A stretch of DNA of 64,000 bases from Gammaproteobacteria bacterium (GTDB lineage Bacteria > Pseudomonadota > Gammaproteobacteria > Tenderiales > Tenderiaceae). The stretch is taken from the NCBI GenBank assembly GCA_016200485.1, contig JACQEP010000016.1:139067-203066 (forward strand), given 5' to 3'. This document shows, piece by piece, positions 1-8,342 of the stretch. Made by a program: the position numbers and the translations under genes. Under the pieces are notes generated by a model, which saw only the letters and a list, made by a program, of their open reading frames with translations, searched no databases and was not told the DNA's origin. Numbering within the stretch: the stretch's first letter is position 1; each line of letters begins with the position of its first letter.

Positions 1-702
1 TGCACGACAATGGCCGCCCGGTACGGCCGACCATCTCGACCTCTTCCTTGAGGCGTTGATCAAAAAAGCGGCGGTTGTTGATGGCGGTGAGCGTGTCCGT
101 CAGTCCCTGACGTTTGATCCGCTCCATGTTGATGGCATTTTCGATACAAATAGCCACCACGGCGACAAAATGTTCCAGAAAATCGGTGCGTACGCCGCGC
201 ACAAAGCGTGCCGATTCGAAACTGCCGATGTTAAAACTGCCGATCAAACGGCCATAACGCACCAACGGCAGTAATGCGATACTGGAAGGGCGGCGGCCGT
301 GCTGAAAAATTCTGGAATGTTTATCTGCGCGATAGGGGCCCAGCAATGGAAAGAGTGAGGCCACGTGCATGTCCGTCATTTCGTCCACACTGGAGACAAA
401 GATCAGTTGCGGCATGGCTTCGAGCTTGACGCCTTCATCCATCAGTGCGCGGCGGATTTCGTATTCGGGGTCGAATAACAGCAAACTGACCGCATCCCAG
501 CCGCCATGGTCTTCCTGGTTAACGATGGCGCGCAACAGGTCAACCAACGAACTCAAACCGACGAGACGTAACTCCAGCGCCTGGAAACGGCGCATCTTGC
601 GTTCGTTATGACGCCCCTCGGTCATCAGCTCCTGCAGACGTTGCGTCAGCAGGCGATTTTGCGCGGCGAGGTCTTCGCTTTTGTCCCGGCTTTTTTCCGG
701 TG
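1..702 (-). CDS. GAF-GGDEF diguanylate cyclase, 5' part only (3' end runs off the window start)
   Basis: Reverse-strand translation gives a GAF-like segment followed by GLTDTLTAINNRRFFDQRLKEEVE, the canonical start of a GGDEF domain. There is no stop before position 1. No in-frame ATG lies near the 5' end (a TTG near 702 is possible), so the start is uncertain. Confidence 0.5.
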
Positions 703-902
703 CTATCAACGTCCGTTTCCCCCAAATCCAGCTCTGTCACCTAACCACATCTCTGGTGGGTAACAGTTTCCCCATACGCCTTCCTTGGTTATAACGGGCG
801 TTCGCCGCCTACCTTTAGCGAACACCCCACCCAAAATAGACCATTACGGCTTTTTTTGCGACCGTGTGGCTGTTAGCCGGAACACGATATGTATAATCTC
901 AA

Positions 903-2936
903 GTGATGGATGCCGCCACACTGCAACCCTTCTTCGACTGGATTGCCCAACACCCATGGTGGGCGGGTATTGTTGTATTGCTGATCTCAATTAGCGAATC
1001 GCTGGCCATTGTCGGCCTGTTCGTGCCAGGCGTGGCCTTGATGTTCGGCCTGGGCACCCTGATTGCGCTCGGCACCTTGCCCTTCTGGTCCACGGTAGGC
1101 TGGGCGGTTGCGGGTGCTGTTGTCGGCGATGGGGTGAGCTACTGGTTCGGCCGGCATCTTAAAAACCGCGTGCCTGACATGTGGCCGTTTTCGCGCCGCC
1201 CCCGTTTGCTGGAACGCGGCAAGCGTTTTTTTGAGCGTCATGGCGGCAAAAGCATCATTTTCGGGCGCTTCGTCGGGCCGGTACGCGCCGTCATTCCCAT
1301 GATTGCGGGCATGTTGCACATGTCTCCCTGGCGTTTTACCGGTTTCAATGTCTTTTCCGCGATTGTCTGGGCACCACTTTATCTGTTGCCCGGCATTATC
1401 TTCGGCGCATCACTCAACCTGGCCTCTGAAGTCGCCTCGCGTCTCACGACGCTGATCGTCGTGACCCTGCTCATCCTGTGGCTCGGTGGCTGGTCCGGGC
1501 ATCGTGTTTATCGATTCATCGCGCCACGCACCGCGGCCATCATTGAGCGGCTACTGACCTGGAGCCGCAACCACCGCTATTGGGGTCATTTCACTCGGGT
1601 ATTGCTCGATCCACAGCAACCGGAAGCCAAGACCCTGACCATACTCGCGGTGGTCCTGATGCTGGTGGCGTGGCTGATCCTCAGTCTGTTTCAGCAATTC
1701 AGCGCCGGGCCACCGCTGGCGCGGCTGGATCAGAGCGTTTACAACCTGTTACAGGAACTGCGCACGCCGTGGGGAGATCAAATCATGATCACCATCTCCC
1801 AATTAGGCGAAGGCGTGGTTGCGACTTCCTTGGTGATTACATTAGCGGCGTGGCTGATCCTGAAACGACACTGGCTGGCGCTTGCGCATTGGCTTGCAGC
1901 GGGCGCCTTTGCCGCGATTGCCAGCTGGACGCTAAAACAAACACTGCATATGACACGCCCCGGCAGCGCAATGTATGACGGCAGCATGAGTTTCAGCTTC
2001 CCCAGTGCCCATGCTGTGCTGGCCACCTGCCTGTATGGTTTCCTCGCCACCATGATCGCACGCGAAGTTTCCTTCAAATGGCGCTGGCCGATTTATTCCT
2101 GCGCCTGGCTGATCATTCTCAGCATCGGCTTTTCGCGCCTGTATCTCGGCGCGCACTGGCTTTCGGATGTGATCGGCGGAATTGTGTTGGGCCTGCTGTG
2201 GACCATCGCCCTGGGCACTGCTTATCGGCGCCATCTCATCCCCAAGATCTCGCTGATTGCGCTGTGCGTGATTCCTGTTCTCACTCTCGCCACGTTAGGT
2301 GCCTGGTATGTCGCCGACACACGCGCTGAAAATCTAGCCCGCTATGAACGCCACTACACGGTCACCACCCTGCCAGCCCAACGCTGGCGGGATCGGAATT
2401 GGCATGACATACCTGTTTACCGTATTGACGCCGGTGGCAAGTTAACTCAGCCGCTTAATTTGCAATGGGCAGGCCCTCTGGATGAACTCAAACAGCACCT
2501 GATTGAACTCGGCTGGCAAACTCCAAAACCATTGACCTGGACCTCGGCCCTGCTCTGGCTGACGCCATCTCCCAAACTGGATCAATTGCCGCTATTACCC
2601 AACGTCCATAACGGCCGTCATGCGGCACTTGTGTTAACGCTTCCCGAAAATCAATTGCTACTCAAACTCTGGCCCGCAGATATCACTCTGGACAATAACG
2701 CGCGTACACTATGGGTGGGATACGTCGCTCGCCAAGCCCTGACGCAATACGCCTGGCTGAGCGCGCCAATCACAGCGCTTGATTTCGATACGCCGTTGCA
2801 ACAGTTCAAACCCTTCATCGCAACCTTGCCCTCGCAGATTGTGCATCGCACGGCGCAGGAACGCACGGGCAAACTCTTCTGGCGCGGCGAAGTATTACTG
2901 CTCTGGTCACCTAATGCGGGACCTCCCGCACCTTGA
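903..2936 (+). CDS. DedA/VTT-domain membrane protein fused to a PAP2 lipid phosphatase
   Basis: 677 aa. The N-terminus has the DedA motif FGRFVGPVRAVIPMIAGM. The mid region has PAP2 motifs KQTLHMTRPG, SFPSAHA and SRLYLGAHWLSDVIGG. Multiple TM segments. Confidence 0.75.
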   Translation: MMDAATLQPFFDWIAQHPWWAGIVVLLISISESLAIVGLFVPGVALMFGLGTLIALGTLPFWSTVGWAVAGAVVGDGVSYWFGRHLKNRVPDMWPFSRRPRLLERGKRFFERHGGKSIIFGRFVGPVRAVIPMIAGMLHMSPWRFTGFNVFSAIVWAPLYLLPGIIFGASLNLASEVASRLTTLIVVTLLILWLGGWSGHRVYRFIAPRTAAIIERLLTWSRNHRYWGHFTRVLLDPQQPEAKTLTILAVVLMLVAWLILSLFQQFSAGPPLARLDQSVYNLLQELRTPWGDQIMITISQLGEGVVATSLVITLAAWLILKRHWLALAHWLAAGAFAAIASWTLKQTLHMTRPGSAMYDGSMSFSFPSAHAVLATCLYGFLATMIAREVSFKWRWPIYSCAWLIILSIGFSRLYLGAHWLSDVIGGIVLGLLWTIALGTAYRRHLIPKISLIALCVIPVLTLATLGAWYVADTRAENLARYERHYTVTTLPAQRWRDRNWHDIPVYRIDAGGKLTQPLNLQWAGPLDELKQHLIELGWQTPKPLTWTSALLWLTPSPKLDQLPLLPNVHNGRHAALVLTLPENQLLLKLWPADITLDNNARTLWVGYVARQALTQYAWLSAPITALDFDTPLQQFKPFIATLPSQIVHRTAQERTGKLFWRGEVLLLWSPNAGPPAP

Positions 2937-3292
2937 AAAACCAGTCTTTCAACGCTCGCCTTGGATTTGCCATCGCCGGACTCCGTGCCGCTTGGCACAG
3001 TGAACGCAGTCTGCGCACCCAGGCCTATCTCGCCGCGATATTGCTGATGGTGATGCTGTGGCTGCAACCTGATGCACTCTGGTGGGCAGTGATCGGCATC
3101 ATGGCAACGCTGGTATTTGCTGCTGAATTGATCAACACCGCGCTGGAACAACTGGCGGATCACCTGCACCCGGAGCAACACCCAAAAATCAAAATGGTAA
3201 AAGATTGCGCAGCAGGTGCCGTTCTGATTCTAAGCATTGGGTCATTGTGGGTGGCGGCGTGGATGTTGATTGATACTGTTATTGGAAAATAA
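2933..3292 (+). CDS. dgkA: diacylglycerol kinase
   Basis: 119 aa, three TM helices, ELINTALEQLADHLHPE...KDCAAGAVL resembles the DgkA family. ATGA start/stop overlap with the upstream DedA-PAP2 gene. Confidence 0.75.
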   Translation: MKNQSFNARLGFAIAGLRAAWHSERSLRTQAYLAAILLMVMLWLQPDALWWAVIGIMATLVFAAELINTALEQLADHLHPEQHPKIKMVKDCAAGAVLILSIGSLWVAAWMLIDTVIGK

Positions 3293-3293
3293 C

Positions 3294-4400
3294 CTAATTT
3301 TCCTCTATTAAAAACGAAGCGAACAACCGGTCTTCAATCAAGTAAACACCGTTCGCCGGCTGACTCAGAACCCTGGCCCGTTTCAATCTGGAAAGTGCCG
3401 CGCGCACTTGTGCAATAGTCGCCTCGGATTTCTTTATCTTGCCAAGCAGTGCCAACGTTTCCTTACCGAATGGCGACCCACCTCTTGCCAGCAACACCAA
3501 CAATGCGCGATCAAACGGTGAGAGTCCATTGAGTAGTGCATGCCAGCCAGCCTGTTGATGCGAACTCTTGATCATTCGCTTGACCGCTGCATCAACATCG
3601 GTACTTCCCTCGGCGGACATTGATTTTACAATGTCTTTCATCAGGTCCGGCTTATAACCAATGTACGCGAACACTCGCCTGAGCTCGGAAATGACCAGAG
3701 ATTTTCCCGTGTGGATCTTGGCGAAATGCTGTGCGAGCAATTCGAGATACTCATCACCGAGCACCGGGAAGTCGATAAGCTGCGCGAACTGATACATTGG
3801 CCCGCCCGACGCAACCATCATCGCCGCCAACGTTTCCTGTGACGATCCCGTGAACACGGCATACACCTCTCTATGCCGTTTTTGCAGCACGGCCCGCAAA
3901 GCGGCTATCGCCGACTGTCCATTGGCCAGCGCCCCGAGTTGCTGAACTTCATCAAGCATGAGCAGTACAGGTCTGCCAGCCGCAGCATACAACCTCGCCA
4001 CCAGGGTATCGAACCGCAACTCGGTTTTGGCGGGCAAAGGCCCGGCGCCCGGAACTTCCCCAAGTTCAATGGCAGCCCCAAAGGCACCGATTTTCTTCAC
4101 CGGCGTTTTCGCGGCCTTGCCCAGCGCCGTCTTCGGCACCATGACCGCTTCCAATGCCTCTTCCAAGGCATGAGTGATTGCCGCAAGAGGATCATCCTGC
4201 TGCAACCATAAATCAGCATAAACGGGCACCAGCTTTGCCTTCCGCGCCACCGGGTACAGGTCGTGTAACAGAAAGTAGGTTTTCCCAACCCTTCGCGGGG
4301 CGAAGAGCGCCAGAGGACGACCCGGCTGGGCCTCCAGCAACGTCAGATAACTTTGCGCCAGCTTGGTTCGCCGTACCTTCAAATCGTCGAAAGTTTCCAC
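3294..4400 (-). CDS. AAA+ ATPase (Arch_ATPase/ATPase_2-type) with C-terminal winged-helix-like tail
   Basis: 368 aa, Walker A FAPRRVGKTYFL and Walker B VLLMLDEVQQL. Standalone gene. Confidence 0.6.
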   Translation of the reverse strand: METFDDLKVRRTKLAQSYLTLLEAQPGRPLALFAPRRVGKTYFLLHDLYPVARKAKLVPVYADLWLQQDDPLAAITHALEEALEAVMVPKTALGKAAKTPVKKIGAFGAAIELGEVPGAGPLPAKTELRFDTLVARLYAAAGRPVLLMLDEVQQLGALANGQSAIAALRAVLQKRHREVYAVFTGSSQETLAAMMVASGGPMYQFAQLIDFPVLGDEYLELLAQHFAKIHTGKSLVISELRRVFAYIGYKPDLMKDIVKSMSAEGSTDVDAAVKRMIKSSHQQAGWHALLNGLSPFDRALLVLLARGGSPFGKETLALLGKIKKSEATIAQVRAALSRLKRARVLSQPANGVYLIEDRLFASFLIEEN

Positions 4401-4487
4401 GATGCGCCCCTTTGCTGTTCATTGTCGTTTATAACAACAATTGCTGTCAATGACGACATTACGCCACAACAGCCAGCGATATATTGA

Positions 4488-4522
4488 TAAAAAAGTTCGT
4501 AATTAAGATATAAAGTTTGTAA
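4488..4522. repeat. left inverted repeat (IR-A) AAAAAGTTCGTAATTAAGATATAAAGTTTGTAATT with two tandem TTYGTAATTAA boxes
   Basis: Its reverse complement aligns with 7171-7207 at about 30 of 35 positions. Followed by TAAACACC. Confidence 0.8.
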
Positions 4523-4675
4523 TTAAACACCCAATCCAATGTTCACGTTTTGGTCGCGCTGACCTGCCTCCTCCGTATGTGCATGAAAACATAGGATGGG
4601 AAATGTGAAAGCATAGGTTGGCCAGCGTTTATTGATCCGGCCAAAAGAAGTTTTAACTTCGATCGGCACGGATAC

Positions 4676-4701
4676 CCCCTCTCCCGCGAGCGGGAGAGGG
4701 G
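4676..4701. repeat. perfect 12-bp-stem palindrome CCCTCTCCCGC-GA-GCGGGAGAGGG downstream of brnA
   Basis: Read directly from the sequence, ~40 bp past the brnA stop. No T-tract, so hairpin or REP-like rather than a canonical terminator. Confidence 0.5.
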
Positions 4702-4739
4702 CGATTTCAAACATATTCATGCCGTATCAATAGTGAACC

Positions 4740-5021
4740 TTAGCGTTCAGCCGCGCGCCTTTTGCGTCGGCTGGAACGCTTTGTTAGAGGTTGCTTGTGG
4801 GCCAACGTATATGCATCTAATAGCCGACGGATCATCTTCTGGTATTGGGTATGATGCTTTTCTGCCTCGTCCTTGAAAAAATTAACGCTTTCCTTGCTCA
4901 GGGCAATCGTAACTTTTACAGTATCTTCCTTAAATACAAGCTCCTCCGGTGCGGGTAGGAAATCCGGCACAACCCTTAAGGGGCCAATTGGCTCATCAGT
5001 GTATTTGGTTTTCGCGCTCAT
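4740..5021 (-). CDS. brnA: BrnA-family antitoxin (ribbon-helix-helix)
   Basis: Lies downstream of brnT on the same strand. The VKVTIALSKESVNFFKDEAEKHHTQYQKMIRRLL segment is RHH-like and the tail is basic. The start is placed at the internal Met (ATG at 5021); the longer ORF would start at 5075. Overlaps the brnT 3' end. Confidence 0.6.
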   Translation of the reverse strand: MSAKTKYTDEPIGPLRVVPDFLPAPEELVFKEDTVKVTIALSKESVNFFKDEAEKHHTQYQKMIRRLLDAYTLAHKQPLTKRSSRRKRRAAER

Positions 5022-5283
5022 AGATTTGTTTGCCTTTGCGCCAATAGCCAGCCCCGAAAATTCGGATAAGACCACGGCGATATGTAAAACAGACAGTCAA
5101 AATACCGTCCCCAACTTTCCCGAAACAGTAATACCGTTTTTCGCTATGGCTGTGGGATAAGTCTTCAGCAATAACACGGTCTGGATCTGCGAAAGCATAC
5201 TGAGCTTCGGCGAATGAAACACCGTGTTTAGCTTGATTGACAAGATTCTTCTCGGAATCCCATTCGAAGCCTTCCTTGCTCAT
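4996..5283 (-). CDS. brnT: BrnT-family type II toxin (DUF497)
   Basis: 95 aa, FEWDSEKNLVNQAKHGVSFAEAQYAF...RIFGAGYWRKG resembles BrnT/DUF497. Confidence 0.7.
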   Translation of the reverse strand: MSKEGFEWDSEKNLVNQAKHGVSFAEAQYAFADPDRVIAEDLSHSHSEKRYYCFGKVGDGILTVCFTYRRGLIRIFGAGYWRKGKQIYERENQIH

Positions 5284-5584
5284 GAGACAAACCTAGCAGA
5301 ATCCAAGCTATTTGTCCATATTATTATATGGCTTTTTATATGGCTTGCTCCATGCCAGCTTGGCAACCTCTAACGGCACCCATCAGCCGCGCCGCTTTTT
5401 GGCGTCGGCTGGATAGGTTTAGCCCAAGGCGACGGGTACTCAAGCCTGAACACCAGTTGACGACGATGCCGAAAACGTGCACCAGAGTCAGGCAAAATGT
5501 ATGCCAATGGCGCCGCTTCAGTTTGGGGCTAACGCCAAGCTAAGCCGACGCCCGGAGCAGCGCGGAGGGCGGTTGAGCGCAGGG

Positions 5585-6190
5585 TTAGACCTGATGTGTC
5601 GTAATCCATGCGATGACCTCACGCGCATTATCATTAGGCGGGAATACCGGATAGAAAACCTTCCGAATAAGGCCATTCATTGCAATGATTGTTAACCGCT
5701 TTATCAGGCGTGTGCCCGCATATTCAAATGTTGGCAGTTTCAGCGCTTGAGCTAAAGTAAGTTGCTCGTCATTGAGCAATGCAAAGGGGAGTTGTAGCCT
5801 TGCATGGGATTCTTGTTGGTCTTCCAAACGTTGCGCGCTCACACCAAACACCTCGACGCCAAGCTGCTTCAACTCAGCGTGAGAATCGCGAAAGGCACAT
5901 GTTTGCGGGGTGCATCCCCTGGCGCCGGGTATGTCATTCCAGCCGATGAGAGGAGGGCTATCGGGACGACCCAGCATGGGGTAGAAATAAATAACCAGTG
6001 TGCCCGTATAAGTGCTGAGATCAACGGCTTTTCCTGTGGTGCTAGTCAGTGAGACCGAAGGTAAGGTGCTCCCCAGTAAATGGTCGCATGCGCCGTCATC
6101 TACTGGAACCGGTAAATTAACGGGTAAAGTGTTTAGGTCTTTTATCATTTTCCTATCCGGGGACAATTGTTTCAGGTCTAACGCTTGCAA
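5585..6190 (-). CDS. thioredoxin-fold peroxiredoxin (AhpC/TSA/BCP-like)
   Basis: 201 aa with a CTPQTC redox motif and a thioredoxin-fold pattern (VIYFYP...GCTPQTCAF...LGVEVFGVS). The true start may be an internal Met. Confidence 0.6.
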   Translation of the reverse strand: MQALDLKQLSPDRKMIKDLNTLPVNLPVPVDDGACDHLLGSTLPSVSLTSTTGKAVDLSTYTGTLVIYFYPMLGRPDSPPLIGWNDIPGARGCTPQTCAFRDSHAELKQLGVEVFGVSAQRLEDQQESHARLQLPFALLNDEQLTLAQALKLPTFEYAGTRLIKRLTIIAMNGLIRKVFYPVFPPNDNAREVIAWITTHQV

Positions 6191-6223
6191 TCACGCGCTT
6201 GTCGCGTGCATTGCATTGCCATT

Positions 6224-6706
6224 TCATATGCAGCCTTGAACCTCGATTCTCTCTTCAAAGAGTAATTCCTTCACCCTTTTTATTTCAATAAATTCGTATG
6301 GCGATGTTTGCGATTGGGTGACGATGCAATTGCTCCCCGGCTTTTTGATTACAATCTTGGCTTTAATGTATTCACCAAAGTCCTCAATTTTCTCTACCGA
6401 TATTGAGTGGCCGCCAGTAGAGCGCCCGCCAAGGCTTAGCAATACCACTCTTCTCGACGAGAAATCCACTGTGTGCTCTGTAACTGGGTGAATATATAAG
6501 TACAAGCTCGAATTAAATGATGTCTGACTTGTAAACACCTCTATTTTTCTGTTTTCTGGCAAGCCACTTATTGTTTTGTCACCGGATGCTATCACCGTAA
6601 ACGTTACGATTGGCAGTGGTGTATCCGCATTTGACTCGGGGACACAGCTTACTAACAACGGCGCAAGCATTGTTACCAGAACAACCAGCAGTTTATTGAT
6701 TTTCAT
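6224..6706 (-). CDS. lipoprotein with PrcB_C-like domain
   Basis: Signal peptide plus lipobox (LLVSC). AT-rich. Start taken at MKINKLL (ATG 6706) with an AAGGT Shine-Dalgarno. The domain assignment is tentative. Confidence 0.5.
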   Translation of the reverse strand: MKINKLLVVLVTMLAPLLVSCVPESNADTPLPIVTFTVIASGDKTISGLPENRKIEVFTSQTSFNSSLYLYIHPVTEHTVDFSSRRVVLLSLGGRSTGGHSISVEKIEDFGEYIKAKIVIKKPGSNCIVTQSQTSPYEFIEIKRVKELLFEERIEVQGCI

Positions 6707-6804
6707 AAATTTACCTTGATAAGGCATAACATTGTGTTGAGCGGCGCGGCGCGCAGAGACAACAGGAAACAGTGTGCCGCTTCACCGCTCCCGACTCGAA
6801 CGCA

Positions 6805-7071
6805 TTATGTGCTTTTTGCTTTTTTTGGAAACCGCTCTGGATGCTCAATGATTTCTTGTGTGAGATCGACATCGATTTCCGGCCAATAAAAGCGTCCAGG
6901 TGATGGCTCTTTAACATTCATAATTACCTTTACCGGCTGATCCTTGAACCACGGGAATTCATCGTATGGCATGAATAATTCTTGGTCATGAGCCAACAAC
7001 CAGATTCCGTGAGTAGAGATATTGGTTACTTCAACTGCCGAAGTAGTGTTGCCATGCGCTGATATGCTCAT
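6805..7071 (-). CDS. DUF2442 family protein
   Basis: 88 aa, ISTHGIWLL...ELFMPYDEFPWFKD...KVIMNV...FYWPEIDVDLTQEII matches the DUF2442 pattern. Confidence 0.6.
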   Translation of the reverse strand: MSISAHGNTTSAVEVTNISTHGIWLLAHDQELFMPYDEFPWFKDQPVKVIMNVKEPSPGRFYWPEIDVDLTQEIIEHPERFPKKAKST

Positions 7072-7210
7072 GATAGTGTTCCTCGATAAGTGACTCGACT
7101 TCTTTCAACTGTTGCCGATTGTAACGGTAGGTTTTCGCAAGCTGTAGTTCCGGCTCAAGGATGAGGTCGAAATTACAAACTTTATACCTTAATTACAAAT
7201 TTTTTTATCA
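7031..7210 (-). pseudogene. 5'-truncated DUF4160-family gene fragment (partner of DUF2442)
   Basis: The open frame encodes ...LILEPELQLAKTYRYNRQQLKEVESLIEEHYHEHISAWQHYFGS*, which is like a DUF4160 C-terminus. The frame runs into IR-B with no start codon, and about 45 N-terminal residues are missing. Confidence 0.4.
7171..7207. repeat. right inverted repeat (IR-B) AATTACAAACTTTATACCTTAATTACAAATTTTTT
   Basis: Inverted copy of IR-A. Followed after 5 bp by CTAAACACC. Confidence 0.8.
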
Positions 7211-7277
7211 CTAAACACCAGCATGAGAGCGCCAAAAACGGGATTCAAAGGATAACAAGGCGAAAGAAGCTCAACCG

Positions 7278-7304
7278 TAGGGGTGATTTATGAATCGCCC
7301 CTAA
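7278..7304. repeat. REP-like palindrome copy (GTAGGGGTGATTTATGAATCGCCCCTAA, imperfect)
   Basis: Member of the GGGGCGATTCATGAATCGCCCC family, immediately 3' of the dioxygenase gene. Confidence 0.7.
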
Positions 7305-8339
7305 CTACTGCTCGACCGGATATCCCGCCAACACCCAATGCGGCATCCCCGAATGGCCGACACACACCAGATTGTTCAAGCCCACAATCGTCAGATTGGT
7401 AAACGCGGTCTGCGCCCGGCGCCCTGAGCGGCAATAGAGATATACCTTTTCAAATTTTCTCAATTCATCGATATGCTGCACTTCGGTGCCAAAGGGAATA
7501 TTGCGACTACCGGGCACATGGCCGATTTCATATTCTTCAGGCGTACGGCTATCCACTATCAATGTATTCGCGGGCCGCGCCTGCCATACCTTGTGTAAAT
7601 CGGCCATTGAAAATTCTTCATGTACATAACGCCGGGGGTCAAAATGAATCCCCACACCAAGATTGGCAGGTACGGCCTCATTGATTCTTTTCGGCAATTC
7701 CAGATTAAGGTTGTTCATGAGTGCGACAAATGCCTCGTGGCTCTTGCCCTGACCAATACGCGGATTCCATTTTTTTTCTTCGCCGATCGTTGAACTCATG
7801 CGGCCGTTGTAATCATGCGCCGGGTAAACAATGGTATCTTCAGGCAAGGAAAACAATTTCGAGGTAATGCTAGTGTATAAGCTCGATGGATTTCCCTGCT
7901 GAAAATCGGTGCGCCCACAACCACGAATCAATAACGCATCGCCCGTGAACACTGCGCCATCGATGAGGTAACTAACACAACCATCGGTGTGACCAGGTGT
8001 CGCCAGCGCTTTAATCACATGATCACTGATCATCAAAGTATCGCCATCATGAATCGGAACATCGATCGCTTTCACATCGGCCGCCGCACTATAGACAATC
8101 TTGGCGCCCGTCTTCTGGCGAATAATCCCGGCGGAGGTCACATGGTCGGCATGCACATGTGTTTCCAAGACATAAAGCAGTTCAACTCCCAGCTCCACAA
8201 TCAATTCCAGATCTCGATCCACCCATTCCTTCACCGGATCGATCAGGGCGCCCTGCCGTGTTTCCGGATCAATCAATAAATAGGTATAGGTGCAGGTATC
8301 CCGATCCATCAATTGACGAACTATCAGTGTCGCACCCAT
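7305..8339 (-). CDS. persulfide dioxygenase (MBL fold, ETHE1-like) fused to a rhodanese domain
   Basis: 344 aa with the HxHxDH metal motif (ETHVHADHV), a later GHTDG motif, and a C-terminal rhodanese with an active-site Cys (YLYCRSGRRA). Confidence 0.75.
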   Translation of the reverse strand: MGATLIVRQLMDRDTCTYTYLLIDPETRQGALIDPVKEWVDRDLELIVELGVELLYVLETHVHADHVTSAGIIRQKTGAKIVYSAAADVKAIDVPIHDGDTLMISDHVIKALATPGHTDGCVSYLIDGAVFTGDALLIRGCGRTDFQQGNPSSLYTSITSKLFSLPEDTIVYPAHDYNGRMSSTIGEEKKWNPRIGQGKSHEAFVALMNNLNLELPKRINEAVPANLGVGIHFDPRRYVHEEFSMADLHKVWQARPANTLIVDSRTPEEYEIGHVPGSRNIPFGTEVQHIDELRKFEKVYLYCRSGRRAQTAFTNLTIVGLNNLVCVGHSGMPHWVLAGYPVEQ

Positions 8340-8342
8340 TAC

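Larger units (their letters stand above)
4488..7219. mobile_element. candidate non-autonomous cargo cassette (MIC-like) bounded by 35-bp inverted repeats; no transposase
   Basis: IR-A and IR-B bracket brnTA, a peroxiredoxin, a lipoprotein, DUF2442 and a 5'-truncated DUF4160. The 6.2-7.3 kb sub-segment is AT-rich relative to the flanks. No recombinase ORF lies between the repeats. Confidence 0.35.

Noticed and set aside
369-611. 80-aa plus-strand ORF in the first 700 bp
   Set aside because: The minus strand here encodes a GAF-GGDEF protein with clear motifs, so the plus ORF is an antisense artefact.
4523-7219. TAAACACC after both inverted repeats as a target-site duplication
   Set aside because: Both copies lie on the same side relative to each repeat (one inside the cassette, one outside) instead of flanking the element externally, so the geometry does not fit a TSD.
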